Source: an uncultured Candidatus Rokubacteria bacterium
GTDB taxonomy: Bacteria > Methylomirabilota > Methylomirabilia > Rokubacteriales > DASRDR01
Length of the DNA stretch: 64,000 nt
Direction of reading: 5' to 3'
Assembly: GCA_963805625.1 (NCBI GenBank)
Contig: CAWDVE010000019.1
Span: 160,001-224,000, forward strand
Part shown: positions 1 to 10,827 of the stretch, in pieces
Numbering within the stretch: the first letter of the stretch is position 1
How the letters are laid out: every line of letters begins with the position of its first letter
The notes under the pieces: generated by a model
Database searches by the model: none
The model's input: the letters and a program-made list of their open reading frames with translations, nothing else
What the model was told of the DNA's origin: nothing
Translations under genes and position numbers: made by a program

Positions 1-1332
1 GCACGGCCTTGAAGGTCGCGCAGGCCGACTGCTGGTAGAGCAGCGGGACGCGGTTGGCGTAGCGGATGACGCGGGCCAGCTCGCCGTCGTCCTCCCGCTC
101 CTCGCCCTCGGCGAGCGGCACCGCGCGGGCTGCGTGGGCGCGCCGCCGCCTGCTCCGGCCCCTTGCCGAAGGCCAGCCCCGCCTCGATGACGAACGGATT
201 GCCGCGGTACACCGCCGGCGGGCGGGTCACCGCGGTGTAGAACTCGCCCTTGATCTGCTTGTACAGGCCGTGGAGGATCGCCTTCTCGCCGATGGGCGAG
301 ATGCAGCTCGACGGCGGCGCCATGATCTTGGTCGTCTGGATGGCCTTGTAGAGCGCCTCGGCGTCCTCGCCGTGGATGTTGCGCGGCCGCGCGTTCGGCG
401 ACAGCTTGGCCGTCCGGCAGATCTCCGAGCGCGACGGCGGGGAGACCCGGCTGAAGTCGCCGGCGAGGAATCCCGCGAGCGCAGTGGCTCCGCGTGTCCT
501 GGAGCATGCGCAGGAGGATGCCGAACTCGATGCCGTAGGGATGCGGCTTGATCTCGCGGGGCTGGGGCGGCAGCTCGTGGATCGTCCGCGGGTACTCGCG
601 AGTCTCCCCCTCGGGCGTGTGGTAGACGAGCGCCACGTGCGGGTTGGCGATGGCCGTCTGCTCGAGGTACTCGTCCACCGAGGCCCGGCCCCGCTGGTAG
701 CGCCCCTCGATCTCGAGCGTCACCTGGGTGCCGCGGTGGCTCTCCCAGTCGATCTTCTTGTTCTCGAAGATCCGCGGCTCGTTCTTCTTGGTGTCGATCT
801 GCACCTCGAAGTAGTGGGCCGGGGAGCGGGCGCTGGTGCGCGAGGTGATCTGGACCGGCTTCCCGGTCGTGAGCTGAGCGTACATGCCGGCCGCGGAGAT
901 GCCGATCCCCTGCTGGCCCCGGCTCATGCGCAGCCGGTGGAACTTCGAGCCGTAGAGGAGCTTGGCGAAGATCGGCGGGATCTGGTGGCGGACGATGCCG
1001 GGGCCGTTGTCGATGACGGTGACGCGGAACCGCGTCGCCTGGCTGGCGGGGGGCGGCGGCGACCCGTTGCTCGGCACGACCTCGATCTTGACCGCGACGT
1101 CGGGGAGGATGCCGGCCTCCTCGGCCGCGTCGAGGGCGTTGTCCACCGCCTCCTTGACGCAGGTGAGGAGGGCCTTGCGCGGGCTGTCGAAGCCGAGGAG
1201 GTGCCGGTTCTTGGTGAAGAACTCGGAGACGGAGATCTCGCGCTGGCGGGCGCCCATCTCGACGGCGGAGACGCCGGGCTTCGGTGGCGGCGGGGGCGTC
1301 CCGGTCTGGGCCAGCGCCTGCGCGTTAGACAT
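1..1332 (-). CDS. top6B: DNA topoisomerase VI subunit B (3' end outside window; one frameshift near 483)
   Basis: Manual minus-strand translation from ATG 1332 (AGGAGG RBS): QREISVSEFFTKNRHLLGFDSPRKALLTCVKEAVDNALDA (GHKL N-box), PREIKPHPYG, RPPAVYRGNPFVIEAGLAFG, RYANRVPLLYQ. Not in the ORF track. Confidence 0.93.
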   Translation of the reverse strand, partial: MSNAQALAQTGTPPPPPKPGVSAVEMGARQREISVSEFFTKNRHLLGFDSPRKALLTCVKEAVDNALDAAEEAGILPDVAVKIEVVPSNGSPPPPASQATRFRVTVIDNGPGIVRHQIPPIFAKLLYGSKFHRLRMSRGQQGIGISAAGMYAQLTTGKPVQITSRTSARSPAHYFEVQIDTKKNEPRIFENKKIDWESHRGTQVTLEIEGRYQRGRASVDEYLEQTAIANPHVALVYHTPEGETREYPRTIHELPPQPREIKPHPYGIEFGILLRMLQDTRSHCARGIPRRRLQPGLPAVALGDLPDGQAVAERAAAQHPRRGRRGALQGHPDDQDHGAAVELHLAHRREGDPPRPVQADQGRVLHRGDPPAGGVPRQSVRHRGGAGLRQGAGAGGGAPTQPARCRSPRARSGRTTASWPASSATPTASRCSTSSRPARPSRPC

Positions 1333-1656
1333 TGCCTCCTTGATATCAGACGCAGGCCCGCTGGCGCGCGTTTATCCTCACCCGAGGTCATCGGACCGAG
1401 GACGGCGCTGTCGGCGGCCTCGGTTCCCCACGGGGGCCGCGGGCACGCTTGACCTGCGCGTCCGGCGGGCGCGATTCAGACTCGCGGAAGGACGCACGGA
1501 CCCTGCAGGGCGGTGACGAGCCGGCGAGAAGCCCACCTCCGTCTCCTCTGGCATGGACACCTCGGGTGGGGACTCTACGCCCCAGCTTGCCACGCCCCGA
1601 CGGTAACCACATCCCACAAGCTGCGGACATGCTGGGCTTTTCGGACACGATCGGCG

Positions 1657-1672
1657 TGGCACTCTCGTTGCA
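1657..1672 (+). promoter_or_regulatory. sigma-54 (-24/-12) promoter
   Basis: TGGCAC-TCTCG-TTGCA, exact consensus spacing, about 40 nt upstream of the ATG at 1714. Confidence 0.7.
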
Positions 1673-1713
1673 CCCGCTTCGACAGATAGCCTGAACTGGA
1701 TTGGAGGCGTGGC

Positions 1714-2175
1714 ATGAGGAAGGTGGTCGTGCTCGCAGCGTTCGCGATCGTCGTGTGTGCCGTGGCCGGATCGGATGCATGGGCCCAGGGAGGGATGCGG
1801 TGGAGGGGCAGCGGCGGCTGGGGGCCGGGTGGCCCGTACGGGCGCATGTACGACACCAAGGCCGTCGAGACGGTCAAGGGAGAGGTCGTGGCCGTTGGTC
1901 CGGTGATGCCAATGAAGGGGATGGGGGGCGGCATCCACGTCTCGCTGAAGACCGAGAAGGAGACGCTCTCGGTTCACCTCGGGCCGAGCTGGTTCATCGA
2001 GAACCAGGACTTCAAGATCGAGCCGAAGGACACGCTCGAGGTCAAGGGCTCGCGGGTCACGATGGGTGGAAAGCCGGCGCTCATCGCCGCCGAGGTGAAG
2101 AAGGGCGACGAGACGCTCACTCTGCGGGACGACAACGGCGTCCCGGTCTGGAGCGCGACCCGCCGGCGGCCGTGA
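1714..2175 (+). CDS. exported small OB-fold-like protein (MamS/MamX-like domain; family often annotated 'DNA-binding protein')
   Basis: GGAGG RBS, signal peptide ending AWA-Q, Gly-rich stretch, motifs YDTKAVETVKGEV, VHLGPSWF, LRDDNGVPVWS. Confidence 0.75.
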   Translation: MRKVVVLAAFAIVVCAVAGSDAWAQGGMRWRGSGGWGPGGPYGRMYDTKAVETVKGEVVAVGPVMPMKGMGGGIHVSLKTEKETLSVHLGPSWFIENQDFKIEPKDTLEVKGSRVTMGGKPALIAAEVKKGDETLTLRDDNGVPVWSATRRRP

Positions 2176-2535
2176 GGAGGGGACTGACCAGGGCGCCCTA
2201 CTACATCGCGGAAGCGAGACGTGCTGCAGGCGGTTGAGTCGGGCGAGACGATCACGCGTGCCGCCGAGGATCTCGAGGCGGCACGCGGAACCTAAGTTAG
2301 GCCGTCCCGGGCAGCCCTCGCCGGCCCTCCGCGGAGGGACCGGTGAAGCCGGCGCTCTCGCCTGGCACGGGCGTCCCATGGACGCTCGCGGCGATCCGGA
2401 GCCAGTGGGCCGACCTGGCCGGGATGGGGTATCTTCGTGGCATCACCGTGGGGCACTTGGCCGCGGCCGGGTGGTAGCCGCTGCTCCTGCGGGACAGACG
2501 TGTCACCCTGGCGTCCCCAACGAGGAGGAGATCCC

Positions 2536-3636
2536 ATGACCGAGCCCCCCAAGACCTCCGTCACCCGTCGCGGCTTCCTCAAGACCGGCGCGCTCGCCGC
2601 CGCGACGGCGCCCCTCCTGGCACGCGCGCCGCTGGCGCAGGCCCAGGCGCGCGGCACGAAGGTGCTGGACTTCCAGACCGGCGCCGACGTCGCCAAGGCC
2701 GAGCAGGAAGGCGAGGTCGTCTACTACGGCCACGACGGCGAGGCCGGGATCGGCGTCCTGCTCGATGCGTTCAAGAAGGACTTTCCGAAGATCAAGACCA
2801 GCTACGTGCGGCTCCAGACCGGCGCCCTGTACGCGAAGATCACCGGGGAGCGGTCGGCCGGCCGCTTCGGCGTCGACGTGCTGCAGCTCTCCGACGTCTC
2901 GCCGGCCATCGACTTCCAGAAGAAGGGCGGCTACGAGCAGTACCCCTCGCCGGAGTACGCCGCCTACCGGCCCGAGCACCAGTCGAGCCCCGCGGGCTAC
3001 TACGGCTGGGGCGGCGTCACCTTCGCCGGCATCTCATACAACCGCAGCCGGGTGACGGCGGAGCAGGCACCGAAGGCGTGGAAGGACATCCTCAACCCGG
3101 CCTTCCGGGACGGGATCAGCGCCAAGCTCGCCACCTCGGGCATGCAGCACGCCCAGTGGTACATGCTGCGGAAGCTCTACGGCAACGAGTTCTGGCAGGA
3201 GTTCGCCAAGCAGCGCCCCAAGGGGTTCGACGCGCGGGCCCAGCTCTTCGACCGGCTGTCCAAGGGCGAGGACCGCATGTGCGTGCTCGCGGAGTACGCG
3301 GGGTACACGCTCTTCTCGGAGAAGGGCGCGGACATCGAGTTCGTGGCGCCGGCCGACGGGTTGCCCGCCACGTCGTTCTTCATCGGGGTGGTCAATCGCG
3401 CGCCCCATCCCGAGGCGGCCAAGCTCTTCGTGGACTGGGCGCTGTCCAAGCGTGGTCAGGCGGTCTATCAGAACCAGAAGATCCTCCTCTACGGGTCGCT
3501 CAGGACCGACGCGGATGCGATGCCCACGGGCAAGCGGCTGGCGGACTTCAAGCTCCTGTTCCCCACGGACTGGAACGACTACGTGGCCAGCCACCCCGTG
3601 TTCGTGAAGGAGTGGAACGCGATCATGGGGCTCTGA
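2536..3636 (+). CDS. ABC transporter substrate-binding protein (Fe3+/thiamine/polyamine cluster), Tat-exported
   Basis: GAGGAG RBS, twin-arginine TRRGFLK, AEQEGEVVYY, APHPEAAKLFVDWALSKRGQ. Confidence 0.9.
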   Translation: MTEPPKTSVTRRGFLKTGALAAATAPLLARAPLAQAQARGTKVLDFQTGADVAKAEQEGEVVYYGHDGEAGIGVLLDAFKKDFPKIKTSYVRLQTGALYAKITGERSAGRFGVDVLQLSDVSPAIDFQKKGGYEQYPSPEYAAYRPEHQSSPAGYYGWGGVTFAGISYNRSRVTAEQAPKAWKDILNPAFRDGISAKLATSGMQHAQWYMLRKLYGNEFWQEFAKQRPKGFDARAQLFDRLSKGEDRMCVLAEYAGYTLFSEKGADIEFVAPADGLPATSFFIGVVNRAPHPEAAKLFVDWALSKRGQAVYQNQKILLYGSLRTDADAMPTGKRLADFKLLFPTDWNDYVASHPVFVKEWNAIMGL

Positions 3637-3646
3637 GCCCCGTGTC

Positions 3647-5347
3647 GTGACGCTCGTCGCGCGGGCCCGGTCCTGGCGGCCGGGCCCGCGGCTCGTCAGC
3701 CTGGTCGTCGGGGGCGCCGCCGCCGTCCTCGTCCTCTATCCGATCGCCTACCTGATCCAGGCGTCGCTGAGCGTCGGCGATCCGCAGGCGCGCCCGCCGG
3801 AGGCGTACGGGCTCGACAACTTCGCCGACCTTGGCCGCTACGCGCACATCTTCGGCAACACGCTGCTGGTGGCGGCCGTCGCGACCGTCCTGGCCGTCGT
3901 GGTGGGATTCACGATGGGGTGGATCCTGTCGCGCACGAACGTCCCCGGCCGGGTCGCGCTCGAGCAGCTCATGGCCATGCCCTACTACGTGACGCCGCTC
4001 ATGGGCGCGTTGGCCTGGGCGCTCATCGGCTCGGCCAACAGCGGCTTCGTCAACCAGCTCTGGCGGGCGCTCGGCGGCCGGGGCCACCTGATCGACGTCA
4101 ACACGCCCTGGGGGATCGCCTGGGTGATGGCCCTCTTCGAGGGCTCGGTCGCCTTCGTGATGATCGGCGCCGTGATGAAGTCGATGGATCCCGCGCTCGA
4201 GGAGGCCTCGCAGGTCCTTGGCGCCAGCCGCGTGCGGACGATGCTGCGGATCACGCTGCCGCTCGTGCTGCCCGGCGTGCTCGGCGCCGCCATCTTCGTC
4301 TTCGCCGAGATGCTGGGCTCGTTCTCGGCGGCGTTGGTTCTCGGCCTCCCCAGCCGCTTCTACGTCGTCACCACGGCGATGTACCAGATGGTGTCGCAGT
4401 ACCCGCCGCGGTTCCCGACGGCGGCGGCCATGGGCGTGTCGCTGTTCGCGCTCATGTTCGCGATGGTGTGGATCTACCGCCGCATCGTGAGCGCGGGCAG
4501 CTACGCTACCATCACGGGCAAGGCTTTCCGCCCGCGCGTCATGGACGTCCGCGGCCTCAGGTGGCCGCTCCTGGGGCTCTGCGTGGCGTACCTGGGCGTG
4601 GCCATGGTCCTGCCCGTCCTGACGATCGTGTACGCCTCCTTCCAGCGGCTGACGACGCTCTGGCCCCGCGCGGACAACTTCACCCTGGCCAACTACACGA
4701 CCGCGCTGTCGCTCGACGCGGTGCGCTCCGCGCTCTGGAACAGCCTCCTCCTCGGCTTCGCCACCGCGAGCCTCGGCGTCGTCCTGATGGGATTCCTCTC
4801 GTGGCTGATCTACCGCTCGCGTCTCCCCGGCGCCGGCGCCATCGAGTACCTCCTGATGTTCCCGCAGGCGGTGCCGCGCCTCGTCTTCGCCTTCGGGATG
4901 CTGTGGGCCTGGCTGGTCTTCCCGATCCCCATCTACGGCACGCTGTGGCTCCTCCTGATCGCGTACCTCACCGTGTTCCTGCCGCTCGGGCTCCGGACGA
5001 TCTCGGGCGTCATCCTCCAGATCGACCGATCCCTCGAGGAGTGCGCCCAGATGTGCGGCGCCACGTGGGGCTACCGGCTGCGCACCGTGACTATGCCGCT
5101 CCTCCGGCCCGGCCTGATCGCCGCGTGGCTCCTGCTCTTCATCGCGAGCGTGCGCGAGCTGGGCGCGTCCATCCTGCTGATGGGGCCGAAGGCCAAGGTC
5201 ATCACGCCGGCCATCGTCGAGTCCTGGTTCTCGACCAGCTCGGAGCTCACGGCGGCCATGGCGCTCCTGCAGACGCTGGCGGTGGCGGCCGCGCTGGCCG
5301 TGCTCTTCGGGGTGGCGCGGCGGGTCGCCCCGCACGGAGGCGAGTGA
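3647..5347 (+). CDS. ABC transporter permease, FbpB-type (duplicated TM domain)
   Basis: 566 aa hydrophobic; two EAA loops ([22 protein letters not shown]). Confidence 0.92.
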   Translation: MTLVARARSWRPGPRLVSLVVGGAAAVLVLYPIAYLIQASLSVGDPQARPPEAYGLDNFADLGRYAHIFGNTLLVAAVATVLAVVVGFTMGWILSRTNVPGRVALEQLMAMPYYVTPLMGALAWALIGSANSGFVNQLWRALGGRGHLIDVNTPWGIAWVMALFEGSVAFVMIGAVMKSMDPALEEASQVLGASRVRTMLRITLPLVLPGVLGAAIFVFAEMLGSFSAALVLGLPSRFYVVTTAMYQMVSQYPPRFPTAAAMGVSLFALMFAMVWIYRRIVSAGSYATITGKAFRPRVMDVRGLRWPLLGLCVAYLGVAMVLPVLTIVYASFQRLTTLWPRADNFTLANYTTALSLDAVRSALWNSLLLGFATASLGVVLMGFLSWLIYRSRLPGAGAIEYLLMFPQAVPRLVFAFGMLWAWLVFPIPIYGTLWLLLIAYLTVFLPLGLRTISGVILQIDRSLEECAQMCGATWGYRLRTVTMPLLRPGLIAAWLLLFIASVRELGASILLMGPKAKVITPAIVESWFSTSSELTAAMALLQTLAVAAALAVLFGVARRVAPHGGE

Positions 5348-6441
5348 GCGTGCGCCAGGCGTCGATCGAGGTGCGCGACCTGGTGGTGCGCTACGGTGAG
5401 GTCGCCGCGGTCCGCGGGGTGGGCTTCGACGTCGGCGCCGGCGAGCATCTCACGCTGCTCGGCCCGTCGGGATGCGGCAAGACCACCACGCTACGGGCGA
5501 TCGCCGGGCTGGAGCGGCCGGTGTCGGGTGAGATCCGGATCGGCGGCCACCCGGTGTTCTCGTCCTCGGCGCGCGTGAACGTCCCGGCCGAGCGCCGCGG
5601 GCTGTCGATGGTCTTCCAGTCGTACGCCATCTGGCCGCACATGAGCGTGTTCGACAACGTGGCCTACGGCCTCCGGGTGCGACGGCGGCCGGCCGCCGAG
5701 GTGACGGCGCGCGTCCGCGAGGCGCTCGACCTGGTCCAGCTCGGCGACCTCGGCGCTCGCAGCGCCGCCAAACTGTCCGGCGGCCAGCAGCAGCGCGTCG
5801 CCCTGGCCCGGGCCTTCGTGTTCTCGCCGGCGGTGCTTCTCTTCGACGAGCCGCTGTCGAACCTCGACGCCAAGCTCCGCGCGGAGATGCGCGTGGAGCT
5901 GAAGGAGCTGCAACGCCGCCTGGACATCACCTCCGTGTATGTCACCCACGACCTCGAGGAGGCGCTGGCCATCTCCGACCGGGTGGTGGTGATGCGGGAC
6001 GGCGGCGTCGAGCAGGTCGGCACGCCGGGCGAGATCTACGACCGGCCGCGCAACACGTTCGTCGCCGACTTCGTGGGGTCGGCGAACCTGATCCGGGGCC
6101 GCCGGCGCCCCGACCTCGACCGCGACGGGCTCGTGGTCATCGAGACGCCGGGGGGCGCCCTGGTCCACGGCACCGCCCTCGACCGCCGGGCCGGCACCGA
6201 CGCGCTCATGGCCGTCCGCACGGTCCGCCTGCGCCTCGAGCGCGCGCCGTCGCCCGCGTCCGTCAACGTGTGGCCGGGCCGGATCCGGCAGCGCGTGTTC
6301 CAGGGCGACTTCACGCAGTACCACGTGGACTGGGACGGGCGGCTGCTCATCGTGCGCTCGGCGGCGCCGGAGCCGATGGCCGAGGGCGACCAGGTGTTCG
6401 TCAGCGCCGACCCCCGGCACTGCGTGCTGCTGGAGGAGTAG
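5344..6441 (+). CDS. ABC transporter ATP-binding protein (FbpC/PotA family)
   Basis: [30 protein letters not shown]-terminal TOBE; GTGA overlap with the permease stop. Confidence 0.93.
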   Translation: MSVRQASIEVRDLVVRYGEVAAVRGVGFDVGAGEHLTLLGPSGCGKTTTLRAIAGLERPVSGEIRIGGHPVFSSSARVNVPAERRGLSMVFQSYAIWPHMSVFDNVAYGLRVRRRPAAEVTARVREALDLVQLGDLGARSAAKLSGGQQQRVALARAFVFSPAVLLFDEPLSNLDAKLRAEMRVELKELQRRLDITSVYVTHDLEEALAISDRVVVMRDGGVEQVGTPGEIYDRPRNTFVADFVGSANLIRGRRRPDLDRDGLVVIETPGGALVHGTALDRRAGTDALMAVRTVRLRLERAPSPASVNVWPGRIRQRVFQGDFTQYHVDWDGRLLIVRSAAPEPMAEGDQVFVSADPRHCVLLEE

Positions 6442-6486
6442 ACCGTCCTCGTCGCTTTCCGGGCCACGGCGGCCGGGGTGGCCAGC

Positions 6487-7828
6487 CTACTGCGGGCAGA
6501 TGTAGCCGGTCCCGCTGGGGTTCCTGAAGCAGCCGACCGATTCCGGCAGCAGCTGCTTCGGCAGCCACAGCACGACGCTCGGGAACTGCATGCAGAAGCG
6601 CGATGGTGAGCAGGAAGACGACGTAGAGCGGGAGCGACCGGACCATCGCGCGGTAGAACGGCACCCCCACGAACTTGGCGGCGATCAGCAGTGACAGCCC
6701 GTAGGGAGGGGTGATCAGTCCGAACACCAGGGTGGTGATGATCACGACGCCCATGTGCAGCGGGTTGATGTTGCCCAGCTCGGCCAGCTTGATGACGATG
6801 GGCATGAAGATGATGATCGCCGGCACCGCGTCGACGAAGTCGCCGACCAGGATGAACAGCAGCACCAGCAGGAACATGATCATGCGCGGGTCGGTGCCGG
6901 CATAGGCCTCGATGAAGCCGGCGACCGTGTCGGGGCCGCGGAGGTACGCGAGCATCCAGCCGAACGCGGACGCGCCGGCGACGGCCGCCAGGGGCAGCGA
7001 GTAGAGGAGCCCCGTGTACATGAAGTCCCTCGGCAGCTGCCAGACGTGCCGGGGCCGCAGGATCGGGATCAGGACCAGGAGGATGTAGAAGGCGGCCACC
7101 ATGCCCGCCTCGGTCGGCGTGAACCAGCCGGTCAGGATGCCGCCCATGATGATCACCGGGATGACCATGGGCAGGGCGGAGCCGCGGGCGGCGACGAACA
7201 CCTCGACCAGCGTCGCCCGAGGCTTCAGGTGGCCGGTGGGGCCGAAGAAGTAGCTGTAGATCATGAGCCCGATGCCGATCATCACGCCCGGCACGACGCC
7301 GGCCAGGAACAGCCCGCCGATCGACACGTTGCCGGTCGCCCCGTAGACCACCGCCATGATCGAGGGCGGGATCAGGTTGGCGATGGTCGAGGCCGAGGCG
7401 ATCAGCGCCGCGGTGAACGCGCGGTCGTATCGCTCCTTGTCCATCTCCGGCGCGACGGTGCGGCTCAGCACCGCCACGTCGGCGGCGGACGAGCCGGAGA
7501 TCCCGGCGAAGAACATGCTGAAGAGCGTCACGACCTGGGCCAGGCCCCCGCGCAGGTGTCCGACCAGCACCTGCGCCAGGCGGATCATGCGCTGGGTCAC
7601 GTCGGCCGAGGTCATCAGCTCCCCGACCAGCAGGAAGAACGGGATCGCCAGCAGCGTCTCGGAGTCGATCCCGTGGAACAGCTGTCCGATGATCGACTGG
7701 AAGCTGACGGGGGTCAGCGACGTGGCGACGAGGACGCCGCCGATCAGCGCGAAGGCGACCGGCACGCCCATGTAGCCCAGCCCCAGGAACAGGAGCGCCA
7801 TCAGCACGAGGATCGCGCTGGAGCTCAT
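6487..7828 (-). CDS. dctM: TRAP transporter large permease (frameshift near 6600)
   Basis: LAIPFFLLVGELM, GISGSSAAD, LIPPS, FTPTEAG, GLITPPYG; C-terminus continues in another frame to TAG at 6487. Confidence 0.9.
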
Positions 7829-8393
7829 TCGACGGGCTCCTCGGTCAGCTCCGTGTCCTCGGGCCCCGCGTAGCCGTTCCTCAGGCCGTTGACCACTTGC
7901 TCGATCGTGAACAGGGCGATCAGGACGCCGGCCAGCGGAACGACGGCGGTGTAGACCGTCAGCGGAATGAGCGACGGCATGCGGAAGCTGCCCAGGTCGT
8001 GCAGCGCGTTCTGGACCCCGAACCAGATCATGAAGCCGGCGATGACCAGCTGGATCAGCCGGTTGACCGTTTCGATGATCTGGCGCTTCGCGCCCCGCAT
8101 GCGGCGGGTCATCTCGGCAGGTAGATGTGGTCCATGCGGCGCGTGGCCGCCGCCATGCCCACGAACACCCCCCAGGCGAAGAACGCCGTCGTCAGCTGCT
8201 GGAGCCACAGCCACGGCCTGCCGATGGTGCGGGTCACGACGTCGAAGAACACGCACATGGTGAACCCGAACATGCAGACCCCGCACAGGATCATCAGCAG
8301 GGCTTCAACCCGGTCGAGCGCCGGCCACTTGAGATGCCGGTGACGCGGGATCACCAGCGCGCGGTGCGATGCGAAGAGATCAGCGTCAGCCAC
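7825..8393 (-). CDS. dctQ: TRAP transporter small permease (frameshift near 8118)
   Basis: ORFs 8109..8393 and 7825..8286 join into a 4-TM DctQ; lies between dctP and dctM. Confidence 0.85.
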
Positions 8394-8471
8394 GGTCGCG
8401 GTGTCCTCTCGAGTGAAGAGCGGCGGCGCTTCGAACGCCGCCGCTCCCGCTACGCTGCGCCGTGAGGCGCG

Positions 8472-9506
8472 TTACTTCACCTTCCGGACCAGCTCCAGCA
8501 GCTTCACCGCGTCCGGGCCCAGCTCCTTGGCGAGCTCATCCTGGATCGGCGCGGCGACCTTCACGAAGCCTGACTTGTCGACCTTGGTGTTGACCTTCAC
8601 GCCCAGCTTGACGAGCCGTTCGGCCGAGTCCTTCTCGAGCTTGAGGGCGTGGGGCGGCTCCTGCTGGCCGACTTCGGCGGCGGCCGTCTCGACCCACTTC
8701 TTCTCCTCGGCGCTGAAGCTGTTCCAGGTCTTCTCGCTGACCCACACCAGGTTGTTGTTGGCTTCGTGCTCCGTCATGTTCAGTACGGGCGCGACCTCGT
8801 AGTGCTTGTTCGAGAGATACACGTTCACGCCGTTCTCGGCGAAGTTGACCACGCCGGTCTGCAGCGAGGTGTAGACCTCGCCGAACGGCATGTGGACGGG
8901 CGAGGCGCCGTAGGCCGCGAAGTGCGTGTCCTCGGTCTTGGTCGCCTGCACGCGGACCTTCTTGCCCTTGACGTCCTCCACGCTGTTGATCTCCGCCTTG
9001 CCGTACATGTTGCGGAAGCCGAGCGTGATCACCGCGAGGGCGTGGGCGCCTTGCACCGACTTCCCGATCATCTCCTTGAAGGCCTTCACGACCTCCGGAT
9101 CGGCAACTGCCTTGGCCAGGTGCGCGTCATCGCGGAAGATGAAGTGCAGCGAGAACACGCCGGCCTGCGGCGCCACCGTCGACGCGTTGGCGGTCGAGGT
9201 GATGGCGAAGTCGATGTCGCCCGAGCGGACCTTCTGGAGCATGACCGGCTCCTGGCCCAGCTGCGCCCCGGGGAACTGATCGACCTTCAGCGCGCCCTTG
9301 CTCAGCTCGCCGAGGCGCTTCTCGAAGAGGTCGCCGGCGAAGCCGTAGCCGGTGCTCTTGGGCTGGTCGTAGGCGAACGTCAGCTTGCGCTGCGCCCCCG
9401 CGTCGTTCGGCAGGGCGAGCGCGGCGACGCCGAGCGCCAGCAGGCCGAAGCCGACATGCCTGAGATGGATCATCATCGTGGTCTTCCTCCCCTTGGCTGT
9501 GGACAT
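8472..9506 (-). CDS. dctP: TRAP transporter substrate-binding protein
   Basis: Signal peptide, FPGAQLG, DVKGKKVRVQ, MPFGEVYTSLQTGVV..AEN. Confidence 0.92.
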   Translation of the reverse strand: MSTAKGRKTTMMIHLRHVGFGLLALGVAALALPNDAGAQRKLTFAYDQPKSTGYGFAGDLFEKRLGELSKGALKVDQFPGAQLGQEPVMLQKVRSGDIDFAITSTANASTVAPQAGVFSLHFIFRDDAHLAKAVADPEVVKAFKEMIGKSVQGAHALAVITLGFRNMYGKAEINSVEDVKGKKVRVQATKTEDTHFAAYGASPVHMPFGEVYTSLQTGVVNFAENGVNVYLSNKHYEVAPVLNMTEHEANNNLVWVSEKTWNSFSAEEKKWVETAAAEVGQQEPPHALKLEKDSAERLVKLGVKVNTKVDKSGFVKVAAPIQDELAKELGPDAVKLLELVRKVK

Positions 9507-9630
9507 CGTCCGTGAAAGCCCCGCATATGGTTGTCCAGTGGGCCAGGGCGCGTCAAGCCGAGGTTACCGCTCGACGTGGGACACGGAGGCGGGCGGTGGC
9601 GACCCTGGTAAGCTCTCTGGCGGAGCGAGC

Positions 9631-10722
9631 GTGAGCACCCCTGGGCACGTGATCGTCTGCGGAGCCGGCGTCGTGGGCGCGAGCGTCGCGTACTTCCTGG
9701 CGCGCCGCGGGGTCCGCGTCACGGTGGTGGAGCGCTCGGGGGTGGCCTGCGCCGCGTCGGGGAAGTCCGGGGGATTCCTCGCACTCGACTGGTGCGACGG
9801 CTCGCTCCTCGGCCCGCTGGCGCGCGCGAGCTTCGCCCTCCACGCCGACCTGGCCCGGGAGCTCGGGACGGACTACGGCTACCGGCGCATGGAGACGTTC
9901 ATGCTGGCCGCGCGCGAGCGAGGCGGCCGCCCCGCGGACCACCGGGTGCCGGCCCCGGCCTGGCTCGACGCGGAAGCCACGGTCATGGACGTGCTCGGCT
10001 CCATCGAGACGACGGCTCAGGTCGACCCGGCCCGTTTCACGGCGGCGCTGGTCCGAGCCGCGGAGGCCCGCGGCGCGACGCTCAGGCTGGGCGTCGTCGA
10101 CGGCGTGCTCCGTCGCGCGGGCGCGGCCCGCGGGGTGACCGTCGATGGCGCCGCCGTCGAGGCCGACGCGGTCGTCCTGGCCATGGGCCCGTGGACGGGG
10201 GCCACGGATCTCCCGCTCCCGCGGGTCCAGGGGCTCAAGGGCTACAGCGTCACGCTGGCCGCGGCCGGTGTGCCGGCCCACGCGCTGTTCGTCGACTACC
10301 GCACGGCCGACGGCCGCCGGCTCGAGCCGGAGATCTTCCCCCGGCCTGGCGGGGAGGTCTACGTGTGCGGCATGGCGGACCCCGCGCCGCTGCCGGACTC
10401 GCCGGACGCGGTCGACGTCAGCGAGGCGGCGTGCGCCGTCCTCGCGCGCGCCGCCGGACGCGTGTCCACCCAGCTTGCGGCCGCGCGGATCACCCGGCGT
10501 CAGGCGTGCTACCGGCCCGTCACGGACGACGGTCTGCCGCTGATCGGCCCCGTGCCGGGCGTGGCGGGCGCCTTCGTGGCAACGGGCCACGGCCCCTGGG
10601 GCATGCTGAACGCGCCGGCGACCGGCCGGGCGCTCGCCGAGCTTATCGTCGACGGCGCCGCGTCGTCCGTGGACCTCCGCGCGTTCGACCCTGCCCGGTT
10701 GGCCTCCGTCCGAGGCCGATGA
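9631..10722 (+). CDS. FAD-dependent oxidoreductase, D-amino acid/glycine oxidase (DAO) family
   Basis: GAGVVG Rossmann motif, ASGKSGGFLA, ACYRPVTDDGLPLIG, ATGHGPWG. Confidence 0.88.
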   Translation: MSTPGHVIVCGAGVVGASVAYFLARRGVRVTVVERSGVACAASGKSGGFLALDWCDGSLLGPLARASFALHADLARELGTDYGYRRMETFMLAARERGGRPADHRVPAPAWLDAEATVMDVLGSIETTAQVDPARFTAALVRAAEARGATLRLGVVDGVLRRAGAARGVTVDGAAVEADAVVLAMGPWTGATDLPLPRVQGLKGYSVTLAAAGVPAHALFVDYRTADGRRLEPEIFPRPGGEVYVCGMADPAPLPDSPDAVDVSEAACAVLARAAGRVSTQLAAARITRRQACYRPVTDDGLPLIGPVPGVAGAFVATGHGPWGMLNAPATGRALAELIVDGAASSVDLRAFDPARLASVRGR

Positions 10723-10827
10723 AGCGCTAGCGCGGCCGATCGCGCACGGCGTCCCGCGGAACGGCGGCACTCCCCGGCGGGGCACGGGCCTTTGGTAGAC
10801 TGGTTGCACCCTAGAGGAGGACGAGCC

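Noticed and set aside
2208-2295. Short peptide DVLQAVESGETITR resembling a Phd antitoxin
   Set aside because: No start or RBS, too short, and no toxin partner; cannot be supported.
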